Positions 1-14,605 of a stretch of 64,000 nucleotides of DNA are shown piece by piece. This DNA comes from Lama guanicoe. Its lineage: Eukaryota. The DNA is taken from assembly GCA_013239625.1 (NCBI GenBank), contig MU054187.1:15454941-15518940 (forward strand), given 5' to 3'. A program made the position numbers and the translations under genes. The notes beneath the pieces were generated by a model. It searched no databases. It was not told the origin of the DNA and was given only the letters and a program-made list of their open reading frames with translations. Position 1 is the first letter of the stretch. The number at the start of each line of letters is the position of its first letter.

Positions 1-54
1 CTGTGTGAAATACCGAGGCCTATTAAATGCTTTTATAAATAGTACTAGTAACAG

Positions 55-245
55 CCATTTTCATTGAGTACTTATTTTGTGCCAGGCACAGTCCTAAACA
101 ATTTACACATAAACTCACACAAATCCACACTGCATTCCAGTGAGCAGAGTACCATTATTACCATGTTCATTTTGTAGATGAAAAGAATTCAATATCTTCT
201 TCAAAATCACCCAGAAAATAAATGTTGGAGCCAGGATTTGAACTA
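55..245 (-). mobile_element. MIR SINE remnant
   Basis: attgagtacttattttgtgccaggcac...cattttgtagatga...gagccaggatttgaac matches the antisense MIR consensus. Confidence 0.75.
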
Positions 246-619
246 CTAAAATACGGCTCTCAGTAGTTATTTCCCTTCCCCAGCCAGCATCTTTCGTTAG
301 TGTACAGACTGTCTAATCTCTTTTATGCAAATATGCTTTTCAGAATGGGTGCAAGGTGTGAAGATACTTTTGTCATAAGCAAATGCCCTGAAAAGGCATC
401 TCCTGCAGAGGAGGCTTCAATTAACTAGGCCAACACATTCACCGCTGGGCTGCTAAGTGACATCACTTAGACAGGTAAGTCTCCTGTTTTTTCTCCCCCG
501 TGTGTTCGCCTTTGATCAGCCTGATGTTGTGAGAGACTCCCCTACCCGATGCAAGCCCATCGGACTTTGCCCAGTGAAGTTTGTATGTGCTCCTGCCACC
601 TTGTGGTTATGTATTGTTC

Positions 620-3120
620 CTCCATCAGGTCTAAAATTTCTTGAGCCCTTACACCTGATATGTATTCTCTATTTGGTCATCTGTTTTTTATTCTTTTATT
701 TATTCTCCTTTCTTGTCTAATTTTGGATGAATTTGGTATGTTATTCCATTTTTATCCCTTTTCCATGAACTTTTTTTAGCTCTATGTACATTCATTTTTC
801 TTACAGTGGTAATTTCTAGAGACTGTAATATGCATTTTTTAATATATTATACTCAATAAGTGTATATAATATTGTCTACCTTAAATTAGCACATTTGTCA
901 CTTCCAAGTGCAAGCACTTTCGGTTTAACTCCATTTAAGCCCCCTCCTGCGATTTGTGCGAGCGTTGTCATAAATTTTGTTTCTACATTTGTGATCTGCC
1001 TTACACTCCTATTGTTGTTCATTGAAGTAGTCAGCATGTATTTATATTAAATTTTTCCAGTGTTTGTGATTACGTCAGAAGTTCTGTGTTTCCATATATT
1101 GTCATATTTACTTAATATGAGAAAATACAATATCCTGTAGTGTAGGTCTACTGCTCCTGTATTTGTTCAGCTTTTATTTATCGAACACGTCTTCACTTCA
1201 TCTTCATTTTTGGAGGGTACTTTTACTAGAGAGATTTCTAGGTGACTTGTTTTTTTTCTCTTTGATCACTTTAAAGATACTCCATTGTCTTCTGCCTTCC
1301 ATAGTAATGATGACCATTCAGCTTTAAGTTTTGTTTTTGTTCCTTTGAATGCACAGTGTGATTTTCTTTGGCTGCTATTAAAATTTCCTCTTTATTTTTT
1401 GGCAATCAGACTGGCAACTAACTGGTAACTAAAATACCTAAATCACTTGTAGATTTCTCTTTTACTTTCTTATTTTTCTCTGATTTGGGGTCATGTGTTT
1501 CTTTTCTTTTGGCCTGCTTCATGTACTGGGATTGGATGAGAACTGTAGAACTCCTAAATGATGTTATCTTCTTCCAAGTGGGTGAAATTTGACTCCCAGA
1601 GCACCGTGAATCACCTTGGTCCTGCAAGTGCTTGGTTTTCATCTTTGTTAGGGCTAGTTATTTTATGTTTGTCTTTATTCCCAAGTTGTGGCCCTAACTA
1701 TTAAAGCATAGCCCTGCTGGGGTCTCAGATTGAAGCCTTAGGGAGTAACCACAGCCACCCAGCCTAGGCAGGGTTTGAACTCTAGCTTTTCTTCCCAAGA
1801 TCATGTGGCTGCTGCCATCTTTGTTTTAGCATTTCAACTTCCCAGATACTATTTCTAGTAAGTTTAAAAAATTTTTTCTTTTGAGTCTTACCTTGCGAAT
1901 GTGCAGTTTAGAAGTCAGCCAGTGATTTAGGGGAGATTTATATACTAAATTTTGAGCCCTGTTCTGAGGTTTCCCCCTCCCCTGGTGTTTGCCCATGAAA
2001 TCCCAGCCAGTATGGCAGCGCCAACGTCTGGCCTCAGTCTCCTCAGCACAGCAAGGCTCGCATTTTCCTCTTACGCTCCATCTCCCTTGTCCGGTATTTC
2101 ATTATACACTTCTCTCAAGGATATCAGCCCTCCAAGCCCAGCCTACATTTGATGCTTCTCAAAACTTTCAGATTTGTATTTTATAAATTTTTTCGACTTT
2201 TATAGTTGTTCTGTGCTGGCAGGTTAGTCCAAAACAGGCTATTCTACTCTGGCTGGAACCAAAAGGTTACAAATGTTTATTTTTTATAAACTGTATTTTA
2301 TTCAGAAAAAGTAATGCAATCCATGACAACAATAAAAAAAATTCAGAGGTTCTAAAGATACAGCATGAAAAGTATATTACCTTGTTCCCCAGTGTCTCTT
2401 TATAAATTCAGTGATGCCTCATACGGGTTTGCAATCACAGATCTGCATGTCTTTGTATGTATTTATGAATTTGTGCATGCCTGCGTGTGAACTCTTAACC
2501 GTTTCGCTACTCTACCTAATTAAGAAATTAACACTTCCTTATTAATTTAAAACATTTTTTTCCAGTCATTTTTCTTTTCATTTTCAAACTTGCATTTGTA
2601 GGTTGTTAAATTTATTAGATCGTTCCTTTAATGGTTTCTGATATTCTGCTTAGAGGAACTGCTCTTACTCCAAGCATACATTTAAAAAAAAATCTTCAAT
2701 GTTTTCTTCAAGCACTTTAAGGTTTTCATTTATTATGTTTAAATGTTGGATCAGTCTAAAATTTATTTTGGTATAAGGACTGAGGGAAGAGAAATCCAAC
2801 TATATTTTTCCAAATGGCTATCCATTTTTCCTAACACTGTTGTTTGAATAATTCCTCTTTCCCACATAAGTTTGAAAATGCTGCCTTATTTGAACTAAAT
2901 TTCCATAAATATTTGATATAATTATTGGCTCTACCTCTGATTTATTGATCTAGTTATCTATCAGGCAGTGCTAACATATTTTATTAATTTGCTTTGTAAT
3001 ATATTTTAATGTTTGGTGTGGCTGATTACTCATGTTTTTAAAGTTTCCCAACTAGTCTCACATGTTTTCTTAGAAGTGTAAAAAGTCATTTTTTTTTGTC
3101 AGTTTAATAGGCTAGTTTGA
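620..3120 (-). mobile_element. Old L1 (L1M-type) antisense fragments
   Basis: T-rich, with recognisable antisense L1 phrases (actttaaagatactccattgtcttctg; atttattttggtataagg...tttccaaatggcta); heavily decayed. Confidence 0.6.
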
Positions 3121-5992
3121 GAAACAGGTATAATATTGGATGCCTTGTGCTTTTGGTTTTAGTTACAGTTCTTCTACCATATTTTTTCTACTTTTTATGG
3201 AACTGGACCAGTGGTATTCCTAGAGCCTATGACGTGACATCATATGTCGTACGCACTTTGTGGTGTGGTGACAAGTCTCTGCTCCCCTGGTACTCATCCT
3301 CACTGCCTTGCAGAATCCCTCTGAGAAAGGTCATCCTTTCTTCTTCCTGTCTTGTTACAAAATAACTAATCCTTCTAAGTAAGACTTAGATGGCATGAAT
3401 ATATAAAACATATCATAAAGAAGTATTTGATGTAAATAAGCAAGCAATAAGTTGTAGTCAACACCAGAAAGAATAACAAAACCAAGTATCTTTCAGCATT
3501 GCGCTGTGTGCTGAATTTAGAGAATGTTTCCACTTAGTTCCTAGTTCTCATTCTTTCTGCTATAAATATTCATTGCATTAGAATATACACAAATTCTAAA
3601 ACCTTGCAGCTCATATCTTTTAAGTTATGGTCTCAACCTATATTTTATGAAAACAATAAATACCATAAAACATTTAATATTAACATTTTTCTTTTATATC
3701 TGTTAATAGAGGAAAATGTCTTAATTTTATTTTTGTTACTCTGATGAACATGTCACATGATAATTCTTCAAATTCCACCAGTGTTGTAAAATATACAGAC
3801 TTTTTTTTCCACACATAGTATTTAATTTAAGTTTGACAAAACCTCCATGAAGTAGGTGTCTGAATTCCCATCTTACAAACGGGAAAAACAAAATGCAGAG
3901 ATTTTAAATGATTTTAAATTCAAACTCTATTCACTGCACTCCAAAATGATTTGAAAATAAAATAAGACACTCTGCTTTAAGTATGATTGTTATTAATTTT
4001 ATTTATTAAAAATTTTATTAAGAACCTATGGAGGTGATTCTGAAATTCTCCATGAATTTATTGAAATAGTGAAATTATTGCTATAGTGAAATGACCTACA
4101 CATTTTATTTTAACTGTTACTTATGTAAGAATATTTTATTATCAAGGGAAGTTCAAAAATATCACTTTTTCCCCAACCTAAAGCCTATGAAACTTTTTAT
4201 ATATAAAAAAAAATCAATAATCAGAGATATAGAAAATGTTACAATCATACATTCCAAAAAAGAGAAATTAAATATTTCTGTCATTTACTACTGTCATTAT
4301 TTGAAATGCCTATCAATTTAGTAAGGAGAAATTTCTAACAGATAATTTTTAAAACTGGTATTGAGACTTTGAGAAGATTTCTAGTCTTGACTCATGTACC
4401 AAAAATTATTATGTAGTTTAAGGATTTGTACTGGTTCCTCATTCAGATTTTATTTTATGGTTATCATATAATCTGAAATAGTTAGAGATATTCACCCAGA
4501 AACAGTTAAATTAAATAGAGTAGATAAAAATTGAGCAGAAGATAAGTTTGGAGAAAAGAATTGGAAGAGCAGAGAATTAGAAGAGGCTACTTTTATAAAT
4601 GAATGGAAGACAAAGGACTCTTGGTATGTTTGTTTTTTTTCCCTCAGAATTAGTGGATTTATATTAGGCTATTTTAAATACTCATCAATGCTTGGATAAT
4701 AATTCATCATTCATTTGGTTGATGCCAAATCAAAATACAGGGCAATTGCAGTCACATAAGGAGGGCAGACACTAGAATCAAGTCAGTGGATCATGAATGA
4801 AGCCTTGCTGAAAACAAGAGTTCAGAGTTTTTATAGTTTCAGGTTGTTGAGGGTATCCAAGATCTGAAAGATCAAAAAATGGTAGGTATCACTTGGTGGT
4901 TGATAAGTTAGGCTAGAGTTCGGAATACCTAAAGCTGATAAAGCAAGATAGCCATAGTAGAAAAAGAACAGTGAGAATGCAGCAGAGATTTAGAGTCTGG
5001 ACAGGTTTATTTGCCTGTGATGTCAAAGAGAAATGTATGATGCCGCTGTCCTGGATGCTTGTGTAGGATGGAAACAACAAAGGTAAGTGTGTTAATGTGT
5101 GTCCTGTGTACATTACTCTAGGAGAATTTATCACTATACCTTTCCTTGTTGAAATTGTATTATTTCCAATTATTATTAATTATAATTATTAACCAAAATG
5201 CCTGACCTTCTAACTGCTTTGTATAAAAAATAAGTATTAATGCAAGTGATCTGGTGTGGACCCCTCTACGATTATTTGAGAGGATATTAGTCCATTGCAA
5301 TGCAAGGTCTACTTTGAATGTTGAGACTTGGTGCATTATAAATCAGGGTTTCATTGAATACTGCAGTATTTTAGGCATTAACATTTCTTTTTTGTTTATA
5401 GGATAGAGACCATAAATGCGTGTGCATTTTTTGATTTATGTACAAGACTACAAACACATAGTACGTGCATACTAAGATTTGTGTATGATCACAAGACCAA
5501 TAATTTTTTCTTACATATGCATCTTTATTTTTATCTGCACACACTTACATTACCACAGATAACCAGGTGTTAAAATTATAGCATTTGATATGCAGCATAA
5601 TAAATGGAAAGACTTTACGTATATTTGAAAACCAGAATGTGTATTAGGAAATCCTTCATATGCTCTTTATTAACAGATATTACTAAATATAAACTTTATT
5701 GCATATGTTGAATAGTCTTTTCTTCTTTATACAAGTCATCTTGTTTAAACTATTTAAACAGTTTCCTTATGACAATTGAAGAAATACAACAATCCTGAAA
5801 GGAAAGAAGGAACGTTCCTCCACAGTGAAAAAAAAAAAATTAGACCAGACCACAGATAATTTCTGCTGGTTCTAATGGCTCTTCCCCAGCTCTTTTGGTC
5901 AATGTGACGTTCTGTTTGACAGTAGCCTTCAGTGTAGCACTGCCAGAGAAAGCTAGCCTGGGCACGCACCGGCCAAATATTCTTCCACGTCC

Positions 5993-6051
5993 TCACACGC
6001 TGAGTAAATCTTTGCTTACTGGCAGCCTTGCCCACTGGTTGGAGCACTTGA
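5993..6051 (-). CDS. Candidate terminal coding exon (phase 1, xKCSNQWARLPVSKDLLSV*), gene unidentified
   Basis: Strong minus-strand acceptor ctgtttctcctttccag|TCAAG, non-repetitive sequence with local CpG retention, and AT-rich unique UTR-like sequence downstream. Reading frame is ambiguous. Confidence 0.3.
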
Positions 6052-6639
6052 CTGGAAAGGAGAAACAGATATAGATGTGAAAACTTGGGCTTGAATGAAA
6101 GAGGAGAAATGGAAAAGTTCAGGAAAAAACAGGGGAAAGGATTTGAGAATTCTTTTCCATAAAAAATAAAAAAATTTTATAATGATGAATCAAAGTGAGA
6201 AATGTTCCTGTGTAATTCATAGCCACGCAGTGACTGCGTCGATGGATTTTAAAGCAAAACAATACAATGAAAAAAGTGTTTAGATAAGAGTATCAACAGT
6301 ATTGACTTTTTATAAGTTCTTTACACTTAGAAGAAATGCGGTTCTTGTAAGAACAAGGTGAAGGTTTACTCTCAGGGAAACATGCCACTGTAATAGACAA
6401 GGAAGTACTGTCTTTGTTATAATTATTTATGAACCAAAATTTAGTATGTATGTTATTAGTTAGATAATTTAATTATAGGATGGTAACCTAAGTAAAGCAT
6501 AATTGAGTCCCTAAGAAAAATATAACCATAACTAACAAATATTGAAATAATAAAGTTTATTGAGTATTTATTATGTTCTAGGTGCATATAATTTATTCTA
6601 TACCTTATATAATGAAATAAAACCTTAAAGATTTCATTT

Positions 6640-7740
6640 TTGGAAAGATGACAGTGAGGATCAGGAACAAATAATTAAGTTCTCTGAAGACAGATGTGTT
6701 TTCAAGAATATTATTGAAAATAACTATAAACACAGACTAAAATATTTAGGATTCTTAACACCAATATATTTCCTGTCCTATGGCCATTTTTAAGCAAACC
6801 CCTTCCATAAGTAGTATGTATACAGGTAGCTGAACTTGTGTGAGGATAAAACAACAAACCACTATGTTATGTCAAGGATTAAAGCAAGACAAAATATTAC
6901 AGAAAGAAATAAGGATTAATAGAACAATAGGGCATACAATAAAAGGATGCCCATGATGTGGACGAGTTACACTGAAGGCAGGACAGACAGGGAAAGCAAG
7001 TGAGAATAATGGAAAAGGTATCAGGGGATTAAAGATCATGATCTGAGAAAGGGTAGCTGGGAAATAAATGTATCTCTGCACACAAGTAGTGGAGGATAGG
7101 TGTAGCTGGAGAATGAATGAGTTGAGAGATCAAATTATGAAACTCTCCCTCAGAGCAGCAAGATAATAAATATAAAGTTATGGAAAACATAAGAATTGCT
7201 AAGAGATAGTGAGGCCAGAAACAGAAATTTGCAAATCCACACAGAAGCTTCAGAAACAGAGGAAAATAAAAGTTAAAAAAAATTGAAGAAACAATAAACA
7301 TACATTTCCAAGGGTTGAAAAAATATATATGAAAGACTTGAGGTTTGCAAATATTTAGAGGGCAAAACAGGAGAGAGGAAAATTCACCCTTAGAATAGTG
7401 AATTTTAAGAATCTCAAAGTCAAAATGAAAATTCTAGTATTTTCAGAGAGAATGAAAAGACCTACAAAAGAATATTCAGATGAACATGAAGCATTTCAGT
7501 AGCATCACTGGGTACAAAACATCAAAGAGGTAAAATTTTTTAAGTTTTAAAAATAAAGAAGTTAGAATTTTAGACTTTTCTTATTAAACAAACTCAATTC
7601 AAATGTCAAGATATAATAAAAATATTTTTAGGCATGCAAGGTCTCAGAGCGTTTTACATCCAGCAATATAATGAAAACACCCTTAGATGTAGTACTTGAA
7701 TAAGAGGAGAAACTATTAGGAGAGACTGCTATAATAAGTA
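6640..7740 (+). mobile_element. Old L1/HAL1 ORF1-like remnant
   Basis: A-rich sense strand with ORF1-type phrases (gaaaattctagtattttcagagag...cctacaaaag...tttcagtagcatcactgg). Confidence 0.55.
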
Positions 7741-7747
7741 TAGTAAG

Positions 7748-7849
7748 TATATTTGTTTCCTGTTGCTAGTGCAAGGTAACATATTCACAGGCTCTAGAGA
7801 TTAGTAATTGGACGTCTTTGGCAAGAGGGCTATTACTCAGTCTACCACA
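7748..7849 (-). mobile_element. MLT1 (MaLR) LTR, internally deleted
   Basis: aaggtaacatattcacagg...tattactcagtctaccaca is the reverse complement of the MLT1 5' end; tatatttgtttcctgttgct resembles the other end. Confidence 0.65.
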
Positions 7850-8888
7850 TAAGTAAAAGTATTCAGATATTTTGTTAAGTTTCTGTTCTTTAAAAAAAAA
7901 AAAGGGACTTTTAGTTTTGCCAAGATGGAGTTGCGTCATTCCTCTCAGACCCCCCCCCCCTTATTAACTAAAAGTCTCTGGACACAACATGATGAATCAT
8001 AGGAAGTCTCTCAAAGGTGGAAAGAGGAAGGCAGGTTGCTTAGGAAACTCAGGACTTGAGAGACTCCTCGGGGGGTGCGTTCCCTGGGTTTCCTTGTTGC
8101 TTCATCCTGACATCGTAGTCAGGGTGCTGCAGAAATCCCTAGCCTGGAACCATCTAAGGGTACAGATATTTTAAAAATTTCCAAGAAAAGAACAGCCTAA
8201 CAGTGAAAATATTTTTGGTAATATCTCTCCTACTCTAATCAAACGTCAACAGAACAATTGACCCCACCCTTGCAGTTTCAGAGAGCTGGAAGATGAGGTT
8301 GGTCTTCCATCCAAGACATGCCTCACAGAATCCAGTGATGCTCTGAACACCCCGCTTGAGTGCTGACAGGATCAAGTAGGCAGCTGAAGCAGGAGGTGTT
8401 TCCATTCCTTTGCTAGACTAGTGGCAATGGGGCTGAGCAGAAAACTGACCTCTTTTCCACAGCCAGCAGAAGCAGGCAGCTGTACCCCGAGCACCATATC
8501 CAGGTAGTGTCAGTGTGATCCAGTGGTGAGGTGGGCCTCCACTGCTACCTGGCATTAAAGAAACTGAGCAGTGTGATGCAAAGCTGGTTACTCACCCCTC
8601 TCCTCCAGCATCAGTAGGTCTCAGTGGAGAAGCTGAGTCTCTGCCCTCACCCAGGATCAGTGAGCCAAAAAGAAGTGGTAAGAGGTAGGGCTAGTTTATA
8701 TTCTCCTTCTCCCTCTCTTCTGCCCTAGGGCGTGAGACCTAGCAGGGAGTTGATTTTATACCTCTGCTTGGAGGCAGTAGTGCTGCACTGGAAGGTACCC
8801 CATTTGTGTGGGGTGATATGCTGAGGCCAAGCAAGAAGCTTATTTTAAATACCTGCTTGGCCCTTGTGCTTTATTTTGACATGGCTAT

Positions 8889-8910
8889 AAATACAAATAC
8901 AAATACAAAT

Positions 8911-8943
<33 letters not shown>
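8889..8943. repeat. Compound microsatellite (AAATAC)4-(CA)n
   Basis: Seen directly. Confidence 0.95.
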
Positions 8944-9488
8944 TTCCAGTGTCTTATAAATATATTCCAGTGTCTTATAGTATCTGAAAGTCTGGAATGC
9001 AATAAAAAGTATGTCATGAACCAGAAAAGTATCACACTATAGATGAGAGGACAGCCAACAACTCAAACGTTGGAATTATCTAACAAAGATCTTAAAGTAG
9101 CTGTCATAAAAGCACTTAAACAAGCAATTAAAAATTCTCTTGAAACAGATGAAAACAATAGAAAATCTCAGCAAAGAAAATATCAAAAAGGAACCAAATG
9201 GAAATTATTGAACTGAATAATACAAGATGGAAAATGATGTTCCATGTAAAACTAATCAAAAGATAGCCAGAATAGCTACATTAGTATCAGATAAAGTAGG
9301 CTTTAGAACAAGGAATATCAAGGATTCACGTAGTATGAGAGAGACATTTCATACTGTTAAAGGGGTCAATTCATGAAGAGCTTATAGGAATCCTAAGTGT
9401 GTATTCACCCAATAACAGAACTTCAAAATACATGAAACAAAAACTGATCAAATTATAAAGAAAAATGCAGAAATCCGAAGTTATATTT

Positions 9489-9491
<3 letters not shown>

Positions 9492-9519
<28 letters not shown>
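9492..9519. repeat. A28 homopolymer
   Basis: Seen directly. Confidence 0.95.
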
Positions 9520-9521
<2 letters not shown>

Positions 9522-10607
9522 TATTGCTCTTACCATTTCCCTTAAACATTGCCCTGCTTAGTGCTCTTGGAGGTCATATGCAAAAAGTCATTGCCCAGAC
9601 CAATGTAAAGATTTTTCTCTCTGTTTTCCTCTAGTAGTTGTACAATTTCAGATCTTATGTTTAAATCTTTACTCTATTTTGAGTTGATTTTTGTATATAG
9701 TGTGAAAAAAGGGTCCAATGAATTCTTCTCCATGCTGTCTTAGAACAAAATAGGACAAGAAAAAGATATAGAAGTCATTATATTTGGAAAGGAAGAAATA
9801 AAGCCATCTCTATTCACAGGAGATAAGATCTTCTGTATTAAAAATATATACCTTAAGGACTCTACAAAAAAGCAAATAAGCTTATTAATGAATAAGTTTA
9901 TTAATCACATGCACACTGAAAACCCCATAAAATATTGCTGAGGTGTATCAAAGACCTAAGTAAATGGGGAGATTCACCCATACTCCCCCATCTTTGTGGT
10001 CCTCACTCTGGGATCCAGGGTGCTGGAGCAGTATTTAGAACATACCTGCTGATTCTGCTTGAGAGAAAAGAAAATACAGTGAGATGCTCTTAACTCTTAA
10101 AAGTCTCCCTTTAACGTTTCTACCTGCAAAATGGCTCACGTTTCTTCTGCTAACATTTCATTAGCCAAAGCCATAGGCCAAGTTTATTTTAAAGGATGCA
10201 AGGAAATACAGTCTTTCCCCAGGAAGTGGCACCAGATATTGATGAGTAGTAATACAATCTATCTCACCATCCAAGTTATTGATTAAAATAAAAAAGGACA
10301 AATTGCTCTGGGATTTAAGGTTTGGGGTTTTGGCCCTGGAAACTAGTAAACCATGTTTTCCTTTTAGGAAGCAAAATCCTCTAGGTTGACTTTAAATGCA
10401 GTACGCCAGGCAAAATCCTTACCCTGACTGAGATGCACAGGTCATTTCACATATTAGGGCTGCTGCTTCATTTTTCCCATGGATCACCAGGTATCAGCCT
10501 TGTACTCCTCACTTGAGTTGTAGCTACCTTTCCAATTGTGCATGGGTTCTTCTATTCTGAAAACCTCTGTGTTCTAGAATGACTTCTCTTGGTTCTTTGA
10601 TTCCTTG

Positions 10608-10990
10608 CAATCAGGCATGAAAGAAAATGAAAGGCATCCAAATAAGAAAGGAAAACATGAAACTGTCTCTATTTACAGATGACATGATCTTATATGTAGA
10701 ACACCCTAAAGACTCCACAAAAAACTGTGAGAACCAGTAAGTTCACTAAAGTTATAGGATACAAAAATCACAGAGAAACCACTCATGCTTCTATACACTA
10801 TCTATAAACTGTCTGAATAAGCAATTAAGAAAATGATCCCATGTACAACAGCATCAAAAAATACTTAGGAATAAATTTAGCCATTGAGGTGAAAGATCTG
10901 TACACTGAAAACTATAGAACATGGATGAAAGAAGTTGAAGAAGACACAATTGAATGGAAGGATATCCTGCGTTTATGGATTTGAATAACC
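10608..10990 (+). mobile_element. L1 ORF2 (RT region) fragment
   Basis: ctctatttacagatgacatgatcttatatgtagaa encodes an [11 protein letters not shown] (FADD-like) motif. Confidence 0.85.
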
Positions 10991-13555
10991 AATTTCCTCT
11001 TAATACTTTTTTTCCAACTACCTTGATGAAGAAATTGAAAGAAAGTAATGTTTGAACAGATCTGCTTTCTTTTTGATCTTCTTCAACCATTGGCTATTTC
11101 CTCTTCTTATTTGCCTTTTTTTTAGAACATGATTTAAAAGTCCTCTTTGGGTAGGGGACTTTAAAAATTAATTTTAGATGATTCTGTGTTTAATTTTATT
11201 CACAATTCTTACATGTTCATGATTTTTCTCCCAGTTTATCGTAATTTATAGATCCTCCTTTCTGCGTTCAAATACATTAAGCTACATTTTTATTTATCCT
11301 CATTTTTTGGCTGTCTCTATTGTTAACCTGTGGTAGCATTATTTTTACAAAGAAAACTCAACTTTTTGTACAGAATTTATAAAGCTAAAACAAATAGTTA
11401 TTCAAATGCTGAATTTGTAGAGAACAGGGTGCCCCCAGAACTCTCTTTTAAAAAGTAAGGGAGAAGAAAACTGGCAGGAAAGCCCCATGCAAAGCAATTC
11501 TTTCTTCCTGGAAAACTGTGGGTATTAGCAATTTCCGATGTTTTCATTAGTTAAAAGAAAATACCAAAGTCATCCTTCTGTGGTTTTGTCTTTTTTAACT
11601 TGAATCTGGGTTTCCATTTTTCCAGGCAGCGTTTCCCTGCTCCTTGGTGCTTTACACTGGCAAGGATGCTAGGCCTCTAAAGAAAATTTTGAATGAAACT
11701 GCTCAGGTATTAGATAACCAGACGGTAGCTAATCCTGTTACTAAACTGACTCATGAGTGGTCTTTTTATACCGTGTTATCCACCTGTCCCCATTGTAGCC
11801 ACGTTATCCACAATGACAAGTGGTTTTGCTGTCATAAATCTGATACACCACTTCCCTGCTTACAGCTCTAAGGATCTCTATCGCTATGGGGTGTTCCAGG
11901 CTCCTTCTCAAGCCACAGAAAGCTTTCCATCTCCATGAAATGGGGTCTCCTTTCTAATTAGCCTCATCGTTTACTACTCTGGCCTCAGAATTTATGATCC
12001 TAGCTACACCATGGTACTTGTAGATCTCCCCAATATGCATCGTGCTTTTTACTTCTGCTTGTTGGTTTAAGAAGTCTTTCTTATTGGAATAAAAAACTCA
12101 TATTGAGGTCATCCCTTTAAATCTACGTGATATTTGAATAAACTTTGCTCAAGGCCACAGGTCTGTGTTCTGTTTCTGTATGTGCAAAGTGGTGGAGTGC
12201 AGGATTTTAGTGTTTTCACTTAGATTGCTGTACCTTCCCAGGGTCTTTTTTTTTTTTTTCCTTATGGTGATTCTGGATCCCGATTCTTGGTTCTATTGAA
12301 TGCTCAGTTTCACTCATGTCTTACTTCCAGGGACTACTCTCTCCTCTTTTGCTCCGTACCAATAAAGATGTAGGAAAAAAAATCACTTTATTTGAGTTTT
12401 GTAAAACATAAGCATACCAGACCTTATCTTATTCTAGGGTAATGGAAAGCATTTCAATTAAAACGGTAAAAGTGATTCAAAGTTGATTCTAAGTGCTTGT
12501 TATTTAATAGCCCTTTAGGCATCCCATCACTTCATTTCCTCAGTATATACCTTCCCCCCAAGAGCTTCAACACCAGCCCTGTTGCTTTACCCTTTTCTAC
12601 CTTTAATCCCATTTCCAGGCCCTCTGTTCTACCAGGAGACTCACATCCTCTCACCTTGTAATGCAAAGCAACTTCCACATAATTCTTGGCTCAGAATGGC
12701 TTCTCATGAGTTAATTTAGGTAAACAAATGGACTTAGAGGTTTTGAAGTTTAGACTCATTTTTCCCCTTCCTTCGGCAGATCTCCATATATCCAAATATA
12801 GACCTTATATTCTATTCGCTATGAATTAGGTTTTCATAGAAGTGTGGAGGAGAAACAGTATATTTGGGGCTAAAAATGACCGTCTCACCCCCTTTATCCA
12901 TGGCGGAACACATGCCCTCACTCTAAGCGCACACCTTCTGACACATCTCTCAGCAAGATGGGAGGCTCCCTGATGGCTGGGTGTTCTGTCTTTTATGTGC
13001 CATATTTCAAGTGCCTTAATGTTACCTGATATATAGTTGCAGTCAGTATTTTAAATAAATTAAATTTTGGCTATTTGCCACGTTTTTCCAAAATATTTTT
13101 GCTTCTTACAGTTATCCCAAAACTTGAGTTTTCTATTTAATTGTATTAATGAAATAGAATAATATTTTTATTTATATAATACTTTAGAGTTCTAAATGCA
13201 CTCTGATGTAAATTAGTTTTGCTTAATTCTTGCATGGATTTTGTAGGGGTAGATAGAATAGGTAATATTGTTCCTGTTTTGCAGATAAGGACACTGAGAT
13301 ACAAAAATACTGTTTTTCTAAACTAGTAAGTTGAACTCTAAACTTAAAATCCATGTCTTTGTCCAGTATTTTTTCTAATAGTAAAGAGTATATGCAAATG
13401 CAGTTTTTGTTAAATTGGAATCTCTGGTTTTTTGCTTCTAAAATGCTCTAGTAGATGAGGAAATCATCAACAGAGCTGTTTTTTAAAAGGGCACATCAAA
13501 ACAGAAATGCTCTTTTCAATTAATATTTTAAAATGGAATTTTTGAGGTTACCAGT

Positions 13556-14605
13556 TTTTAAAAATGTATTAAAGTGAAAGTCATATAACATAAAATTAAC
13601 CATTTTAAAGTGAATAATTCTGACATTTAATTCATTCACAGTGTTGTGCCACTACCACCACTATTTAGTTCCAAAACATTTTCATCACCCTCAAATGAAA
13701 CCTATATACATTAAAATGCTTCTCCCCATTCTCCCTTACCCCAGCCCTTGGCAACCACTAATCTCCTTTCTGTATCTATGAATTTACCTGTTCTGGATAG
13801 TTCACATAAATACAATCATACAACATGTGACCTTTTGTGTCTGGCTTATTTTACTTAGCATAACGTTTTCAAGGTTCATCCACATTGTAGCATGTTTCAG
13901 CATTTCATTCTTTTTTATGCCTAAATAATTTTCCATTGTATTCATTTGCCACAATTTGTTTTATCTATTCAGCTATTGAAGGACAGTTGGGCTGTTTCCG
14001 TCCTTCAGCTGTTTTGATAGTGCTGCTATGAACATACGTATTTGTTTGAGTCTCTGTTTTCAAATATTTTGGGTATATGTGTAGGAGTGGAATTTATGGG
14101 TAATATGATAATTCTGTGTCTCACTTTTTGAGGAACTGCCAAAGTGTTTTCCACAGTAGCTGAAATTCTCACCGGCAATGTGTATGGGTTCCAATTTCTC
14201 AGTTCCTCACCAGTCCTGGCTATTTTATGTTTTTCTAATTATAGCCATACTAGTGGGCATGAAGTGGTATTTCATTGGTTTTGATTTCGTTTCCCTAGTG
14301 CCCACTGATGCTGAACATCTTTTCATGTGCTCATTGGTAGTTAATAAATCTTATTTGGAAAAATGTCTACTCAATTGCTTTGCTGATGTTTTAATTGGAT
14401 TGTGTGATTTGTACTTGTTGAATTGTAGGAGTTCTTATATATTCTGGATGCTAGACCCTTATTAGATAGGTGATTTGCAAATACTTTCTGTCTTTCTAAA
14501 GATTGACTTTTCACTTTCTTGATAATGTCTTTTGATGTGCAAGATTTTAAATTTCAGTTTAGTTCAGTTTGTCTATTCTTTTTTTTCTGTTCATGCTTTT
14601 GGTGA
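13556..14605 (-). mobile_element. L1MB-like 3' end, antisense
   Basis: aacataaaattaaccattttaaagtg...ttccaaaacattttcatcacc...ctggcttattttacttagcataa. Confidence 0.85.

Larger units (their letters stand above)
7905..9980 (+). mobile_element. Old L1 5'UTR/ORF1/ORF2 fragments with nested antisense L1 piece (~9557-9733)
   Basis: ccaagatggag 5'UTR start, ORF1 phrase gaaaatctcagcaaagaaa, endonuclease-region phrase tagtatcagataaagtaggcttta, RT-region phrase ggaaaggaagaaataaagccatctctattcacag. Confidence 0.7.
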
